DNA from: Chrysomallon squamiferum
Taxonomy: Eukaryota > Animalia > Mollusca
Reading direction: 5' to 3'
NCBI GenBank assembly: GCA_012295275.1
Contig: CM022677.1
Location: 5,332,001-5,396,000 of the forward strand
DNA length: 64,000 nucleotides
Part shown: piece by piece, positions 14,061 to 27,149 of the stretch
Position numbering within the stretch: the stretch's first letter is position 1
Layout: every line of letters begins with the position of its first letter
Translations under genes and position numbers: made by a program
The notes under the pieces: generated by a model
Seen by the model: only the letters and a program-made list of their open reading frames with translations
Database searches by the model: none
Told to the model about the DNA's origin: nothing

Positions 14061-14120
14061 TTTCTCTGGCTATCTCTCTGTCTCAGTATCTCTCTTTCTC
14101 TGTCTTTCTCTCTCTCTCTT

Positions 14121-14151
<31 letters not shown>

Positions 14152-15539
14152 GTCTCTCTCTCTCTCTCTCACTCATTTTCTTCTCTCAACACAGAATTAA
14201 CAATTGTTTCCTAAAGCAAAGTTAACCAACAACAAAAGCAACAGCTATAAAGCAATATCAACAATAACTACAATAATAAAAATAATTATGTACTACAACA
14301 ACAATAATAACAATAATATCGATAATAAAAATAAAAAAAACGAAACTTAAAGATAGATGAAACACACAGACACACACACACACACAAACATAATTAAACT
14401 TTTAAATCATTATATTTATGAAATTTAAATAATGTGTCAGTATGAAAAGGTTGAAAAACAGTAGTTACATGTATTTGAAATAGTAAGTTTTTAATAAAGA
14501 AACATTTTAAATAAATGAAATAAATTAAGAATGCACAAATAGAGATACTACTACTACTAATAATAATAATAATAATTAGTCAGTTTCATAGACTAGGTAG
14601 TCTAAGGGAATTAACTCTTTTGTCCATTAATAATAGAATGAATATAATGATGATTATGGATAACAACATTAACAACAACAGATTTTGGAAAAGGAAACTA
14701 AAAATAAAATAATGATGTATTTTTAAATTTAGGCTTCTGTTTCATTTAATTTGTTTAGTTAAGTGCTAAAGAAATTATGAAAAAAAAATTATTTCTTTAT
14801 CGTGTATGGGATATGCTGTTTAATTATTCAACGAAGATAACAAAAAATAATTTTAATAAAAAAAAATTACATAATAGAAGACTGTAACAGAAGAATAAAA
14901 AAATAGTATAAGAAACAAAAATGAATACTTGTACTGAATTAAATATTAAGTATAATTCAAATTTGTGTCTGGGCTGTGGGGTGAGGTGTACACATGACCC
15001 CCTGCCCTAGTCCCCCGCCCTCAGACAGCTTGTGAAGAACCAAGTTGAAACTTTAAAGTTTCTTATCAGCATCTTCATGTGTGTGAGATTATGTGATTGA
15101 ATCTCGTCATATGGCATCATTTTTGGAGGTTTTTGTTTCATTGATGTTTTCTGCTCCTTGTTGTTTCCGGCACTTGTCTAGGTCATTGAACGTCTCGTAT
15201 TCGTCACCGGGTCTGTGTTGGTTGCATCCTGTTTGTTTGTTCTCTTCTCGGCTGCTGTTGATGTTTCTTTGTTCTTTTTGACTGCTTCCCTCTGATCCAA
15301 CAATTCCAAACTTTTTTATTTTGTTGCCATTGGTCTTTTTATTGATTTAAAAGATAAACACTTGCAGCTAAGAATAAGAACATGAACATAGTTAACTTAT
15401 TTATATTTATTATGTACATTTTGAAATCCTTTTAACCGGGTTAGTATGGTCTGAAAGTAAGTACGTATAGTTTTGTTTTTAATTATTAATTTAATTGGAT
15501 GTTCAAATTGATTCATCAATCAGCCAATCCATCCATGTA

Positions 15540-17190
15540 GAGTGGTTGATTCATGTTTGCAGACAGGTGATCTGGTTGTTTGTGCTGTGTTTCTTCCTGA
15601 AGCCTGCTTTGATATTTGCTGATTAAATTGTTGTTGTTTAGATGCTGCTCAGGCGTGTGTTGACATCGTTTCCAGTGTTTTGCACACGTGTGACGTCAGC
15701 GTGATCAGTCTGTAGCTGTTGGGTAGTGAGTGATCTTTGTGTGGTTTGGGCAAGCTGAAACATTCGGCCTGTTTCCAGTTTGTGGGAATCTTGCCTGTAG
15801 TCCATATTGTGTTGTAGAGGTCGAGTATGATGAGTAGTGTTACATCTGGTAGGTGTTAAAGTATTGTGTAGCTTATTTTATCTGGCCTCGTGGCTGTACT
15901 TTTCTTGTTTTTGAGGGCATGTTGAAGTTCACTGATGTTGAAGAGTTGATTGTATTATATATGTTCTGTGTCTGTGATTGTTAGGGTGTCCAGTGGTTTC
16001 TTTGTGAATTTCAGTGGGAAGTTCGAATTGCTGCTGGACTTGGTGAAATTTTCGCTGAGTAGGTCTGCTTTTCGTTTGTCTGTGAATGCGATGTTGTTTT
16101 TGCTGAGATTGTTGATTCTGTGGGGAATTTTGCCTTGGATGTTTTTCACTTTGGCCCACATGTCTTTGACTGATGTTTTGTGGTCGATGTTGTTGCTAAA
16201 GAATTCCCAGTGTTCTTGTTTTGCAGATAGAATTAGGTTGGATACTTCTTTTTTTGCTATTTTGTATTTTTTGTATTGTCTTCTGAATTTGTTTCTTTCT
16301 TTGCATTTCTTTTCTATGCGTTCCGTCCACCAGGGAATGGATATTTTGCCGGTGCATTTTCTGGTTTTGGGTATGTATCTGATTGCAATGGAGTGTATCA
16401 TGTTGGTGAGTGATGTGCAGTAGGTGTTGATGTCGTTGGGGTTCTGTGTGGTGATGTTTCTGCATGCTTTGTAGAAACCTTCCCAGTCTGCTTTCTTGAA
16501 GTTCCATTTGGGTGTGAAAATGGATCTGTCTGAGAAGTTGTTCTTGCTGTTGTAGTTGGTGAGAATTTGGTGATGGTTGCTGTTTAGTTAATTGAGCACT
16601 TGCCATTCACAGAGCACTGTGATATCCTTACTTGTGAATGTTAGATTAATGGCAGATTGGCCACCACTGATGTTGCTGGTGTATGTGAGTGTTCCGTCAT
16701 TCAGACAGACCAGCTGGTTTTCTCTATGAAATTTTCAAGGACGATTCCAGGACTGTCGTCTGTCAAGCTACCCCATAAGGTGTTGTGACAGTTGAAATCA
16801 CCCAGTTTAATGAGCTTGTTTGTTGTCATCATTTTGTTGAAGTCGTGGGTTTGAATGGTGTGTAGTGCAGGAGTGGGTGGGCTGTATATGTTAATTATGT
16901 CGATGTTTTGATTGTTGTTATCTACTGTGATGCTTAGTATTTCTATGTTGGCGTGGACTTTGCCTTGGTTCAGCTTGATGTGTGGAATGTTTTGTTTTAC
17001 AAGTGTCATGATGCCTCCCCGGGTACTGTTGTATCTGTTGATGCAATGACTTTGGTACCCGGGGACCTTAACGGCTTTTGTTGTTTTGTTGTTTTTGTTG
17101 TAGTGTCCTAGCCATGTTTCTTGTATGGTGTGTTTTGAGTGGAGGTGTTTAGTGTTGCACTGAAGAGTGGAGAGGCCTGTGTTATTGTGT
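15540..17190 (-). mobile_element. Degraded non-LTR retrotransposon ORF2 (APE endonuclease and linker; I/Jockey-group-like)
   Basis: Minus-strand fragments LSTLQCN, IQETW, VPGY..RGGIMTLVK, INIYSPP, LGDFNCHNTLWGS, WNFKKADWEGF, IPWWTE and KDMWAKVKNIQG. Many frameshifts. No intact RT domain seen. Confidence 0.88.
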
Positions 17191-17647
17191 GCTTGTTGTG
17201 ACGAGTGGAGAGGTCTGTGTTATTTGTGCTTGTAAAGAGTGGAGAGGTCTGTGTTATTGTGTTCTTGTTGTGAAGAGTGGAGAGGTCTGTGTGCTTGTTG
17301 TGAAGAGTGGAGAGGTCTGTGTTATTATGTGCTTGTAAAGAGTGGAGAGGTCTGTGTTATTGTGTTCTTGTTGTGAAGAGTGGAGAGGTCTGTGTTATTG
17401 TGTGCTTGTTGTGAAGAATGGAGAGGTCTGTGTTATTGTGTGCTTGTTGTGAAGAGTGGAGAGGTCTGTGTTATTGTGTGCTTGTTGTGAAGAGTGGAGA
17501 GGTCTGTGTTATTGTGTGATTGTTGTGAAGAGTGGAGAGGTCTGTGTTATTGTGTGTTTGTCGTGAAGAGTGGAGAGGTCTGTGTTATTGTGTGCTTGTT
17601 GTGAAGAGTGGAGAGTCTGTGTTATTGTGTGCTTGTTGTGAAGAGTG
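17160..17647 (+). repeat. 38-bp minisatellite GAAGAGTGGAGAGGTCTGTGTTATTGTGTGCTTGTTGT (~13 copies)
   Basis: Near-identical tandem units, e.g. starts at 17413 and 17451. Confidence 0.95.
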
Positions 17648-18356
17648 TGTAAATGGTTGGTCCTGTTTGGTGTTTCTTTTGTTCACTGCTGTTTTGTGTT
17701 TTGGGGATGTCTCTTGTCTGTGTGTAATTTAAGTCTTTTGTCATCGCTGGAGATCTTGAAGCCCAAGCTGCCTTCGATTATTCCTCAATATTCCTGAAAA
17801 CTGTACCTTCCAAATGCACAGCCATCAAGTTGGTGGTAATTATGTTATAAACTGCCATTGATCAGGAAGAAGCAGATGTAAATCCTTACAACTCTGTTTC
17901 CTACCAGTCAAAACTTTATATATGAGATGACACAGAGTTGATTAGTTTCAGTGTTACTGTTGCAGTGTCTGCATTATTTTGTTCAATTATTTTTTTTTTA
18001 TCAGCTGGATCACTTCCTCATTCAGGATTTAAACCTGTTAACTTTAATAAACATAGATTTATAGGTGCTGAAAGTTCAGTTCAGATCAAGATAATACGTC
18101 AGCATTTTAATCAATGCAGTTTTGTTTTGTGTTAGAATAATATACATAAACTTGCTGATGAACTGAATGATATTCACAGATAATGTTTATTTTTTATGAA
18201 TTTATTCAGCTTCATTTAATCTATCAAACTCTCTCTACCTCTGAGTCTTTCTGTCTCACTCATCTCCTGCATGCATAACAACTTTCAAAATCCATATTGA
18301 TCTTTCTGGTTGTCTGATCATTTATAACCCATACAAAAGTACACTCTCATCACAAG

Positions 18357-18478
<122 letters not shown>

Positions 18479-19009
18479 TCTCCCTCTCCCTCTCCCTCTC
18501 TCTCCTCTCTCCCTCTCCCTCTCTCCATATGACGACAAAGTGACCTACCTACATACATTTTTATTGTTCATTTTCAGATTGAAAGTGGATTTTTTAAATG
18601 AATATATATATTCCATTGTTGAAAAGAAAAAAATGCAGATTGTTCACGGTTAATTTTCACATTCATTGTACATATTTTTATACATTTTCATTTTTGCTTT
18701 TTTTGGTAAAAATGCAAATTAAATATATTTCAGTACAGATTTTAAATAATAATAATTATTATTATTTTATTACTCTCACTCAACAAACTTACTCTTTTTT
18801 TTCTTTTGGAAAAAGAAATACTACTACTACTACTACTGCTACTAATAATAATAATAATAGTCCTAATTAGTGAAAATTTTGTATAAACTTAAGTAATATT
18901 AAGTAAGAAAGAAAGAAGAAAAATGTTAATTAAAAAAGAACAAAAAATATTTTGTTTTTATTTTGTGATTGAAAAAACAAATACTGAAAATAAATAAATA
19001 TAAATTTAA

Positions 19010-19470
19010 AATTGATTTAATTCTTTCAGTGCTAAAAAAAGAAGAAGAAAAAAGAGAAGCTTATTTGTATTTCTGTTGTTCATGAAAATGAAAATCGATA
19101 TAAATATTAGAATTTAATTGATCTTATTTCCATTATTGAGCATTCTGTAGTGTGTCTTCATCTGTTTTGGTGATGTATAATATTAATAAATGAATAGTTC
19201 TTATTGAACCGTCTGATTTTATTATTTAAATTTTTTCTATCAGGTGCAAAGCCACATGTGAGTTGAAAACAGGTCTCGATTACGTCATTAGTTTTACACT
19301 ATCAAAAAAGTCTACCATGTATAAACAAAAAATTCTGAGATGAAGTGATATAAAGACATTAACTTCATCCTTCAGCAAGCATCATAATATTATTTTAGAT
19401 GTCATAATATGCAACAGTTTTGGCAGCCGGAAAATAACAAATGATCCCGAATAAATCTTTCTTTACAAAA
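19010..19470. repeat. Composite dispersed repeat: 19010-19270 inverted at ~28360-28600; 19255-19470 matches 53665-53875 (direct) and 30200-30430 (inverted)
   Basis: Shared strings GAGTTGAARACAGGTCTCGATTACG, GCAGCCGGAAAATRACRAATGAT and ATGAAAATGAAAATYGATAT. Confidence 0.75.
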
Positions 19471-21426
19471 TGATTTAAATCAAGATTGATAAAAATAAAT
19501 TATTTTCATTGTTTGTGCAGCATGTGTTTGTTTGTGTGTACACTATCTTAATTCTTCTGTCTTCTTGTGTTTTATTCTTCTTATTTCTTCTTATTCCTGT
19601 GTTTATTCATATTTCTTCATATTGTTTGTGTTTTCTTTAAAGTTATTTGATTGTTTATTTTTTAACCTATTTACCATGATTATTGTTTCTTGTTATTTTT
19701 CTACATTGTAGTTTCTCCATAATCTTCTGTTTCTTCTTTTGTGTTCCTCTTTCTGTATTTATTTTCAGATATTTTTGCAAGATTTTATAATATTACAATT
19801 TACTTATTATTTTTCAGTCTTCGAGTTTCTCTTCATAGTTCTTATTCTTCTTTCTTTTTGTTTCTTCATATTTTAAATTCTTAGTTTTTATTTTAATATT
19901 TTTGATTATTTATTTATTATTATTATTTTATTTTTTAAATTTATATTTATTATTATTATTATTATGATTATAATTATTATTTTGGGGGGGGGGGAATCTA
20001 CTGACCATTCATATTCTTGTTAATTTTCTTCTTCATTCTTTTTGTTTCTTATTCTTCATTTCCTAGTTTCTGCTTATTCTTTTATGTTACCTTTATTTGT
20101 TATTTACTTTTTTTTTCCTGACATCACTTAAAATACACTATATTATTCCTTTTAGTTCTTCAGTCTCTTTCTTTTATCATTTTAATTTTGTTATCCTGCT
20201 CATGGTTATTTAATGAATTAGAGTTTTTTTATTTTTTATTATTATATGTGTATGCATATATATATTTATATTATTATTATAATATTTATTTATTTATTTA
20301 TTTATTTATTGTATTATTATTTTCAGTCTGTTAACTGCATCTCTATTTTAATTAATATTTCAGTATACATTTTTGTTACTAGTGTAGATGTTCTTCCTAA
20401 TTGAAAATGTGATTCCACTGAGATGTCATATTTCTAGTGTTTGCCAGTGAAAACACTGTTATTTTGATATGCCAAGCAGACCTGAACAATAATGAAGTTG
20501 TAAACTTGTATTGTTGTTAGACTCACTATTGATATATTTTGTTTTCTGAAAATTATTATTATAAGTGATTTTTTAGAACCAGTATTATTCTGATAACCTG
20601 TTTGTTACTATTAGTCTATTTTAAATGGTTACCAATCATTTGCTAAAAATATTACATGACAGTTGTATTTATATTTTATTTTATATTTTTTTATTTTGTT
20701 TTATTATTTACACAGAACTGACATGGGTTTCACATCAGCATTTATTTCTTCTCTTTATGTTTTTAACAATTACTTTCAAATACTTGTAATATTTTTTAAG
20801 TATAACAAAGAAAGAAAATATCTTATATAATCTTTCTTTAAGTTCTCTTTTGATAATTCTGAACATAAATAGCTTAGAATCAGTTAACAGTTAAATTTAT
20901 TTATAGTTTTAATTCATAAAAATGCTCTTAAAACAAATTTTAGTAGACAGTTGATTATTTTTATTTATTTATAAATATTTCTATCCAACTTCTGTCTATC
21001 CATAATGTATCTATCTATCATTTATTTATTTATTAATTAATAATAATTAATAATTTATTTAAAATATAATCATACTGAATTACATTATATTGGATATTTT
21101 CATTCATTATTATTAAAATTTTCATTATTTTATTTAATATTACAACCTACTGAATAATTTAGCATTGTATATTTTCATTAATTATTAACACCTTTATTTT
21201 TGTTTATTTACTTATTTTTTTTATCTAGGTTTAAATTTATCATGAAACAGTTTTGGATCCCAGGCTTTCCGAGCTGTGTGTTTGGCAATGTGTTCTAACA
21301 CAACAGTGATCTTCCTTAGCCTCACCACCAACAAAACAGACACTGAGAGTGCTGTGAGTAATCTGAATTATAACTGTTATAAAATGTTTTATAATAATAG
21401 TAATAATAATAATAATAATAATAGTC

Positions 21427-21459
<33 letters not shown>

Positions 21460-21587
21460 GCAATAATAATAATAATAGTAGTAATAATAATAATACCCAA
21501 CAACAAGAAATTATTTTTATATTTATATATGTATAACTGTGAAAAACAAATTCTTATTTTTCTCTTCTTCTTCATTTTCTTCTTCTT

Positions 21588-21618
<31 letters not shown>

Positions 21619-22769
21619 TTATTATTATAACTATTATATCTCTATTTACCTCTATGTCTGTCACTGCTATTTCTACTGTTGTTATACTTATACTATATAT
21701 GTTAATTATATTATTTTTACTACCATTATTACATCAACTACTTTATTTTAATAATAACTAGTACTGTGCTGGCTCCAATTATTTACTTCTACTGCTGCTG
21801 TTATTACTGTTACTAATACTAAAACTACTACAACTACTGCTGTGTCAACTACTACAACCAACAGTACAGCTGTTACTACTAGTTCTATTGCTAGTATTTC
21901 TACAACTACTACTACAGCTGTTGATACAATTACTACTGTTAAATCATTATGATGTCTTCACTAACTACAATTTAATAAAAACAAATATATTATTTTCTGC
22001 TTATTTAGATTGTTTTTCAATTTTATCAAGATCAATCAAATCAAAGTTCTGGTGTACGGTGTTAATGAAGCTGATGGACTATCAAAGAAACTGGCCACAG
22101 AGAAATTTACAAGCTTGAAATATGTCAGTAAACTCTAGAACTTTTGGACAATTGCCTTTGTTGGTGTGACTGACTCAGCTAGCAACCATTAACTTAGATG
22201 GGTTGAGAACAGCTGGTACAGATGCTGTGAAAGCCATTTGTGGTCAGTAGTAGCCATTTGATTCATTAAAAGTAACTGTTACTGATTTTAATTTTGGAAA
22301 TGTTTTTAAATAATTAATGCATTTTGATCATTTCTGCTTTAAGAATATAAATAAACACACACACACAGATAACAGTTAACTTCCTTAAAATATAAATTCA
22401 GTTTATAAAACAAGTTTATTGATTAATCTAATTTTAGAAACTCTACCAGTCATGTGACAGCTTTAAGTGTTGGATGTTCATTGGCTGATGCAGGCCTTGA
22501 CCCTGTCTGTCAAGCAACCAGAAATCCTGCGCACAAGCTCAAGCTTTCAGCCAATAGGATTACAGATGTGTTAATAACTCAGTTTGTGGAGTCCATGTTG
22601 AAACACAAGAAACATCACTCAGTGCTCTTGATTTATCTTATATTCTGTATGTTGTTTTTGTTTACAACTAATGATATCTTCTCTTCTTTTTTGTTTGTTC
22701 TTCATTTGTTCTTGTTTGTTTCTGGTTGTTGATCTAGGCAATTATTATAATTATGTAAAGAATACTTTT

Positions 22770-24412
22770 AGCAATAGTGATCAGCAATAGCGATAATTGC
22801 TACTCAGGTAATGTGTGTTTGTGTTTGTGTGTCACTGTGTCAGTATAAGTGTATCAGCAATAGTGATAATTGCTACTCAGATAATGTATGTGTGTGAGTG
22901 AGTGTGTGTATCTGCAATAGTGATAATTGACTACTGAGATAATAGTGTATGTGTGTTTGAAGCAGCAATAGTCATAATTGCTACTCAGATAATGTATGAA
23001 TGTGTGAGTGAATTAGCAACAGTGATAGCTGCTACTCAGATAATATGTGTGTGTGTCTATATCAGCTATAGTGATAATTGCTAGTCTGATAATGTGTGAG
23101 TGAATCAGCAATAGTGATAACTGCTACTAGTCAAATAATAGTGTGTGTGTGTGTGTGTGTGTGTGAGAGTGTTTGTATATCAGCAATAATGATAACTGCT
23201 ACTCAGATAATAGTGTATGTGTATCAGCAATAGTGATAATTGGTACTCAGATAATGTGTATGTGTGTGGGTGAATCAGCAATAGTGATAATTGCTACTCA
23301 GATAGTGTGTGTGTGTGTGAGTGAATCAGCCACCTGATAACCAGACTGCCATTCGTTTCACAAGCAAATCTGCAAGTGTGCGAGAGACAAAGTCACACCC
23401 AGACGACAGATCTACAAAGATGAGATTGCCCACCAAGATGACAACAATGTTAATGCCTTGCATACCTTCCACAGTGTGAAGAGCACCTTGTACCATCATC
23501 ATAAAACCACCATCCCCGTCCTCCCAGCCTCCAGAGAAGAGCTGCACCTACAAGCACCCTGGACACAAACACAAGATGCTTCCTCTTGTTCATGGCTGGA
23601 GATGCTTACAAAATGGTGGAGTTCTCAACTGATGATCAGCTCAGAGATCTACAGACAGCTGAGACAATCTACATGGAAAGGACGTTCTCCTCTTTCCCTG
23701 GTTTGTTGAACCAGTTTTACATTGTGCATGATTTCCTCTCCTGTTTGCATCATTGCCAGGTTCCATTCAAGACTCAACAGAGCTCTACCCCACCAGCACC
23801 CAACATCTACAAGTTTGTAGACCTCATCCAAGGAATTGAGAAGGCAGAGCGGGACAAAAGGATTCAGATCCAGTTTGGAGGTGTAGGACGTCTCAAGAGA
23901 CAGTTTGGAGGTGTAGGACGTCTCAAGAGACAGTTGTAGGCTGGAGACAAGACACTTCTCCAGTACCTCAATGCAGTTGAACACCTCGTCAAACTTGAAC
24001 TCCGTAACTCGGTTGATCATAGTGTATCTGAACACAGTATCCCTGAATATAGAACTTTGAATAATACTATCCCTGAACTTTCAATAATATTATCTCTGAA
24101 CATAGTGCTTGAATATTGAGTACACAAATACACAAATTCAACTTGTTTTGTTATTCCTCTGTGGCCAGTACATGGGAGTTGACAGGATGGGACAACACTC
24201 AAGCCTGTGGCCTAGTCCATTGTCTTATTTGAGTACTGCGAATGGGATTAGTGATTTATTTATGACTTCCACAAGATCAGATAGAACCGTGTGTGAGTGT
24301 GTGAGTGAATATGTGTATCAGCAATAGTGATAATTGTCACTAATCACTAGTGTGTGTGTGTCAGCAATAGTGATAATTGTCACTACTCAGATAATAGTGT
24401 GTGTGTGTGTGA
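22770..24412 (+). repeat. Second array of the AGCAATAGTGATAATTGCTACTCAGATAAT(GT)n minisatellite, split by a MULE relic
   Basis: Units at 22770-23330 resume at 24290-24412. Confidence 0.9.
23330..24289 (+). mobile_element. Mutator/MULE transposase relic, internally deleted and 5'-truncated
   Basis: TFHSVKSTLYHHHKTTIPVLPASREEL..WTQT, FSTDDQLRDLQTAETIYMERTFSSFPGLLNQFYIVH (degenerate DGTF..P..F.Q.Y.IH motif) and PNIYKFVDLIQ, as in MULE transposases. Frameshifted, with a 30-bp tandem duplication at 23871-23930. Confidence 0.8.
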
Positions 24413-24775
24413 GTTAAGAAATATTTGGTTATCAGTTTATATGTTTAAATGCTTTGTACAAAATACTCAGGCCTGTTTTATTTAAATTTAAGATTGAAAC
24501 TGACTGTGTCTTTAGTCTTTTATACCACCAAGGGACACATCTCTGAGTTAAAGAGCTTGAATACAGGTGGAAACTCATTAGGTAAGCTTGACATAATAAA
24601 TTATTTTTATACTTTAGTAAAAAAATGCAACTTTTTCTAAAATTAAATTAGATATTAATACAAAATAATTAGCAACAAAAATATCAGCAGCAGCATGTAA
24701 TGTGGTGGTGATAGTAGCAGCTATGATGTAGTAATAGTAGCACCAGCATCAGCAGTAAATAAATAAATAAATAGT

Positions 24776-24842
24776 CTAAATCTAACCCTTACCCTAGTCC
24801 TAACCCTAACACAAATCCTAACCCTAACTCTAACCTAAGCTA
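24776..24842. repeat. Short degenerate (CCCTAA)n interstitial telomere-like tract
   Basis: CTAACCCTTACCCTAGTCCTAACCCTAACACAAATCCTAACCCTAACTCTAACCTAA. Confidence 0.6.
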
Positions 24843-25460
24843 ATCCAATGGTTAAAAATAAGAAAGAAAAAGAATACTAAATAATAAAAGGGTTTATTAT
24901 TGTTAATGCTGTTTTCTTTTTAAATTATTTATATAAATTTAATTAATTTTAAGGTCTCACTGTCAATAAGTCAAAATAGAAAATAAACTCAGCAAATAAA
25001 GCATAAAATCAGTTTATTTGGCAGACTTTAAAAAAACACACCAAAAACAGATGTCTAGATTAATTTTTAATACTAGCTCCTGTTAAATAATGTAATTGAT
25101 TATCCAATGTAATAATTTAAAACAGGTGAAAAAATAAGTAAATAAGTAACAGCTTTTTTACAATATTTTGTTATTTGTTTATTATGCACAAGTAATTTGA
25201 CCTTATCAGTATTATGTTTTTTATAGGCATTTTTCATTAATGAATTTTGCTGTTGAATTTGACTTTTTACTTCATTGTTACTGATTCTTGGTAAAAATAA
25301 AAAAGATATAAAATTGTTTTCAGTGTGTTTTTATTTTAAATTGTATTTGCTTTCTTTCTTTATTTCATATGTTTTAACACTATAAACAAAGTCTTATCAA
25401 AAGAGAGTTATTTCCCTTATGTTATGAAATTTTGTATCCATGGTCAGTTGCTCATAATAT

Positions 25461-25523
<63 letters not shown>

Positions 25524-26174
25524 AAATAAATATATAAATAAACCAGTGATAACAATAACCAAACTAATAATAATTAAAATAATAATAATAATAATATTAC
25601 TGGAACTAAACTAAGACTGCTATATACAACAATTATTACAAAAATACTTTTTAAAAGCCACCTAAATGATAATAAACTATTGTGAGACAATTCAAATCAG
25701 TTTTTATTTTATTTATTCTTCATTAAGTGATACTGAAGATGCATAAAACATAAGAAATATGGAAATGGAGGTCGTACCCACGACGCTCCCCGATTTTCTA
25801 GTTTCACTGTAAATCATATTTCTGAACTAGAACTAACTCGCAATAGCTCAATGGGAATCTTCTTTATAACATTTTAATAAATTTTAAATTTCACACTAGT
25901 GTACACGTGTAAAATATATTTACTGGAACAATCAGTGTCTTCAGATGGATAAAGAAATAATCAAATACGAAAACATGCAGCATGATAATTATAGCGTCTG
26001 CTTCCCCGTCTTCTCAGTCTCGGTCTATCAAACATTAGGTCTATTTCTGTCGCTGGAGAGCAGCGTCTTCGTAGCGTACGTACAGTTTACCAGCCTCAGC
26101 CTACCCTCGTTACTAAACCTACTTCCTTCACAGAGAGCAGTATTAGATTACTGACTTATAAAACTAATAACACA

Positions 26175-26260
<86 letters not shown>

Positions 26261-26426
26261 GATTCGAACGAGTATGTTACACATACATAAAATAGACGTC
26301 AGATTGTTTCCATAACCTAAGCGCTCCTGTTTCTGAAATGAAAAAAACATCACTTAAAAGTTAAAAGATAAATTGATGTTACGGAATATAATAAATTAAA
26401 ATCTATATTTATTCATTCTTCTTTTT

Positions 26427-26504
<78 letters not shown>

Positions 26505-26595
26505 TTTCACTTTGAATCTATATTATTCTTTTAATATTCATAGATCTTCATGCTTTTGTATTGATATGTTGGTTTTTACGTTATGGACTGAAAGA

Positions 26596-26628
<33 letters not shown>

Positions 26629-26771
26629 TTTTTTTTTTTTGAAATAATAAAATAAATAAAAGCTTTTGAGAAAAGAACACTTCTCTTTGACGCTAGACAT
26701 GAAATGAATTCCATATCTAGCCTTCACAGAAGTGCTCGTTTCTCAAAAAAAAAAATAATGACTAAATGATA

Positions 26772-26846
<75 letters not shown>

Positions 26847-27028
26847 AATAAATAAATAAAAAAAAGAAAACAGATAACCAGACGAATATGTTTACTTAAA
26901 TATGAAAATGAAAAGAAAAAGGAATAAATTAAATAAGATAAAGAAAAGAAAGCTGCTGTAGAGAAACGTACATCCTCACAAAGAATCAGCTCTTAGTCTA
27001 CATGGAATGTTTACTTGAAATTATTTTA

Positions 27029-27149
27029 TTTAGTCACTAAAATCGAGTTTTCCTGTCATGAAATTTCCAAGATCACCAGGGTTGTCAGATCTGTAATATT
27101 CACAAGAAAGCTCCTTTGAGTATTCCAAGTCTATCTTCTTTTCATTGTT
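27029..27149 (-). other. Candidate terminal coding exon of an unidentified gene
   Basis: Minus-strand TTTCAG acceptor then NNEKKIDLEYSKELSCEYYRSDNPGDLGNFMTGKLDFSD*. An upstream donor AAG|GTGAGA lies at ~27382. Confidence 0.4.

Noticed and set aside
12156-14225. ORFs of LSLS, ERER and CVCV type (also 18322-18558, 36504-37532, 47681-48066, 51655-52026)
   Set aside because: Translations of (CT)n, (GT)n and minisatellite DNA.
15950-16423. 157-aa hydrophobic + strand ORF
   Set aside because: Antisense of the LINE ORF2 relic.
20385-20760. Possible additional LRR exons
   Set aside because: Too degraded to assign a frame or boundaries.
21240-21751. Poly-I, poly-N and poly-S ORFs
   Set aside because: (AAT)n and (CTT)n microsatellites. 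Only 21229-21353 is exon-like.
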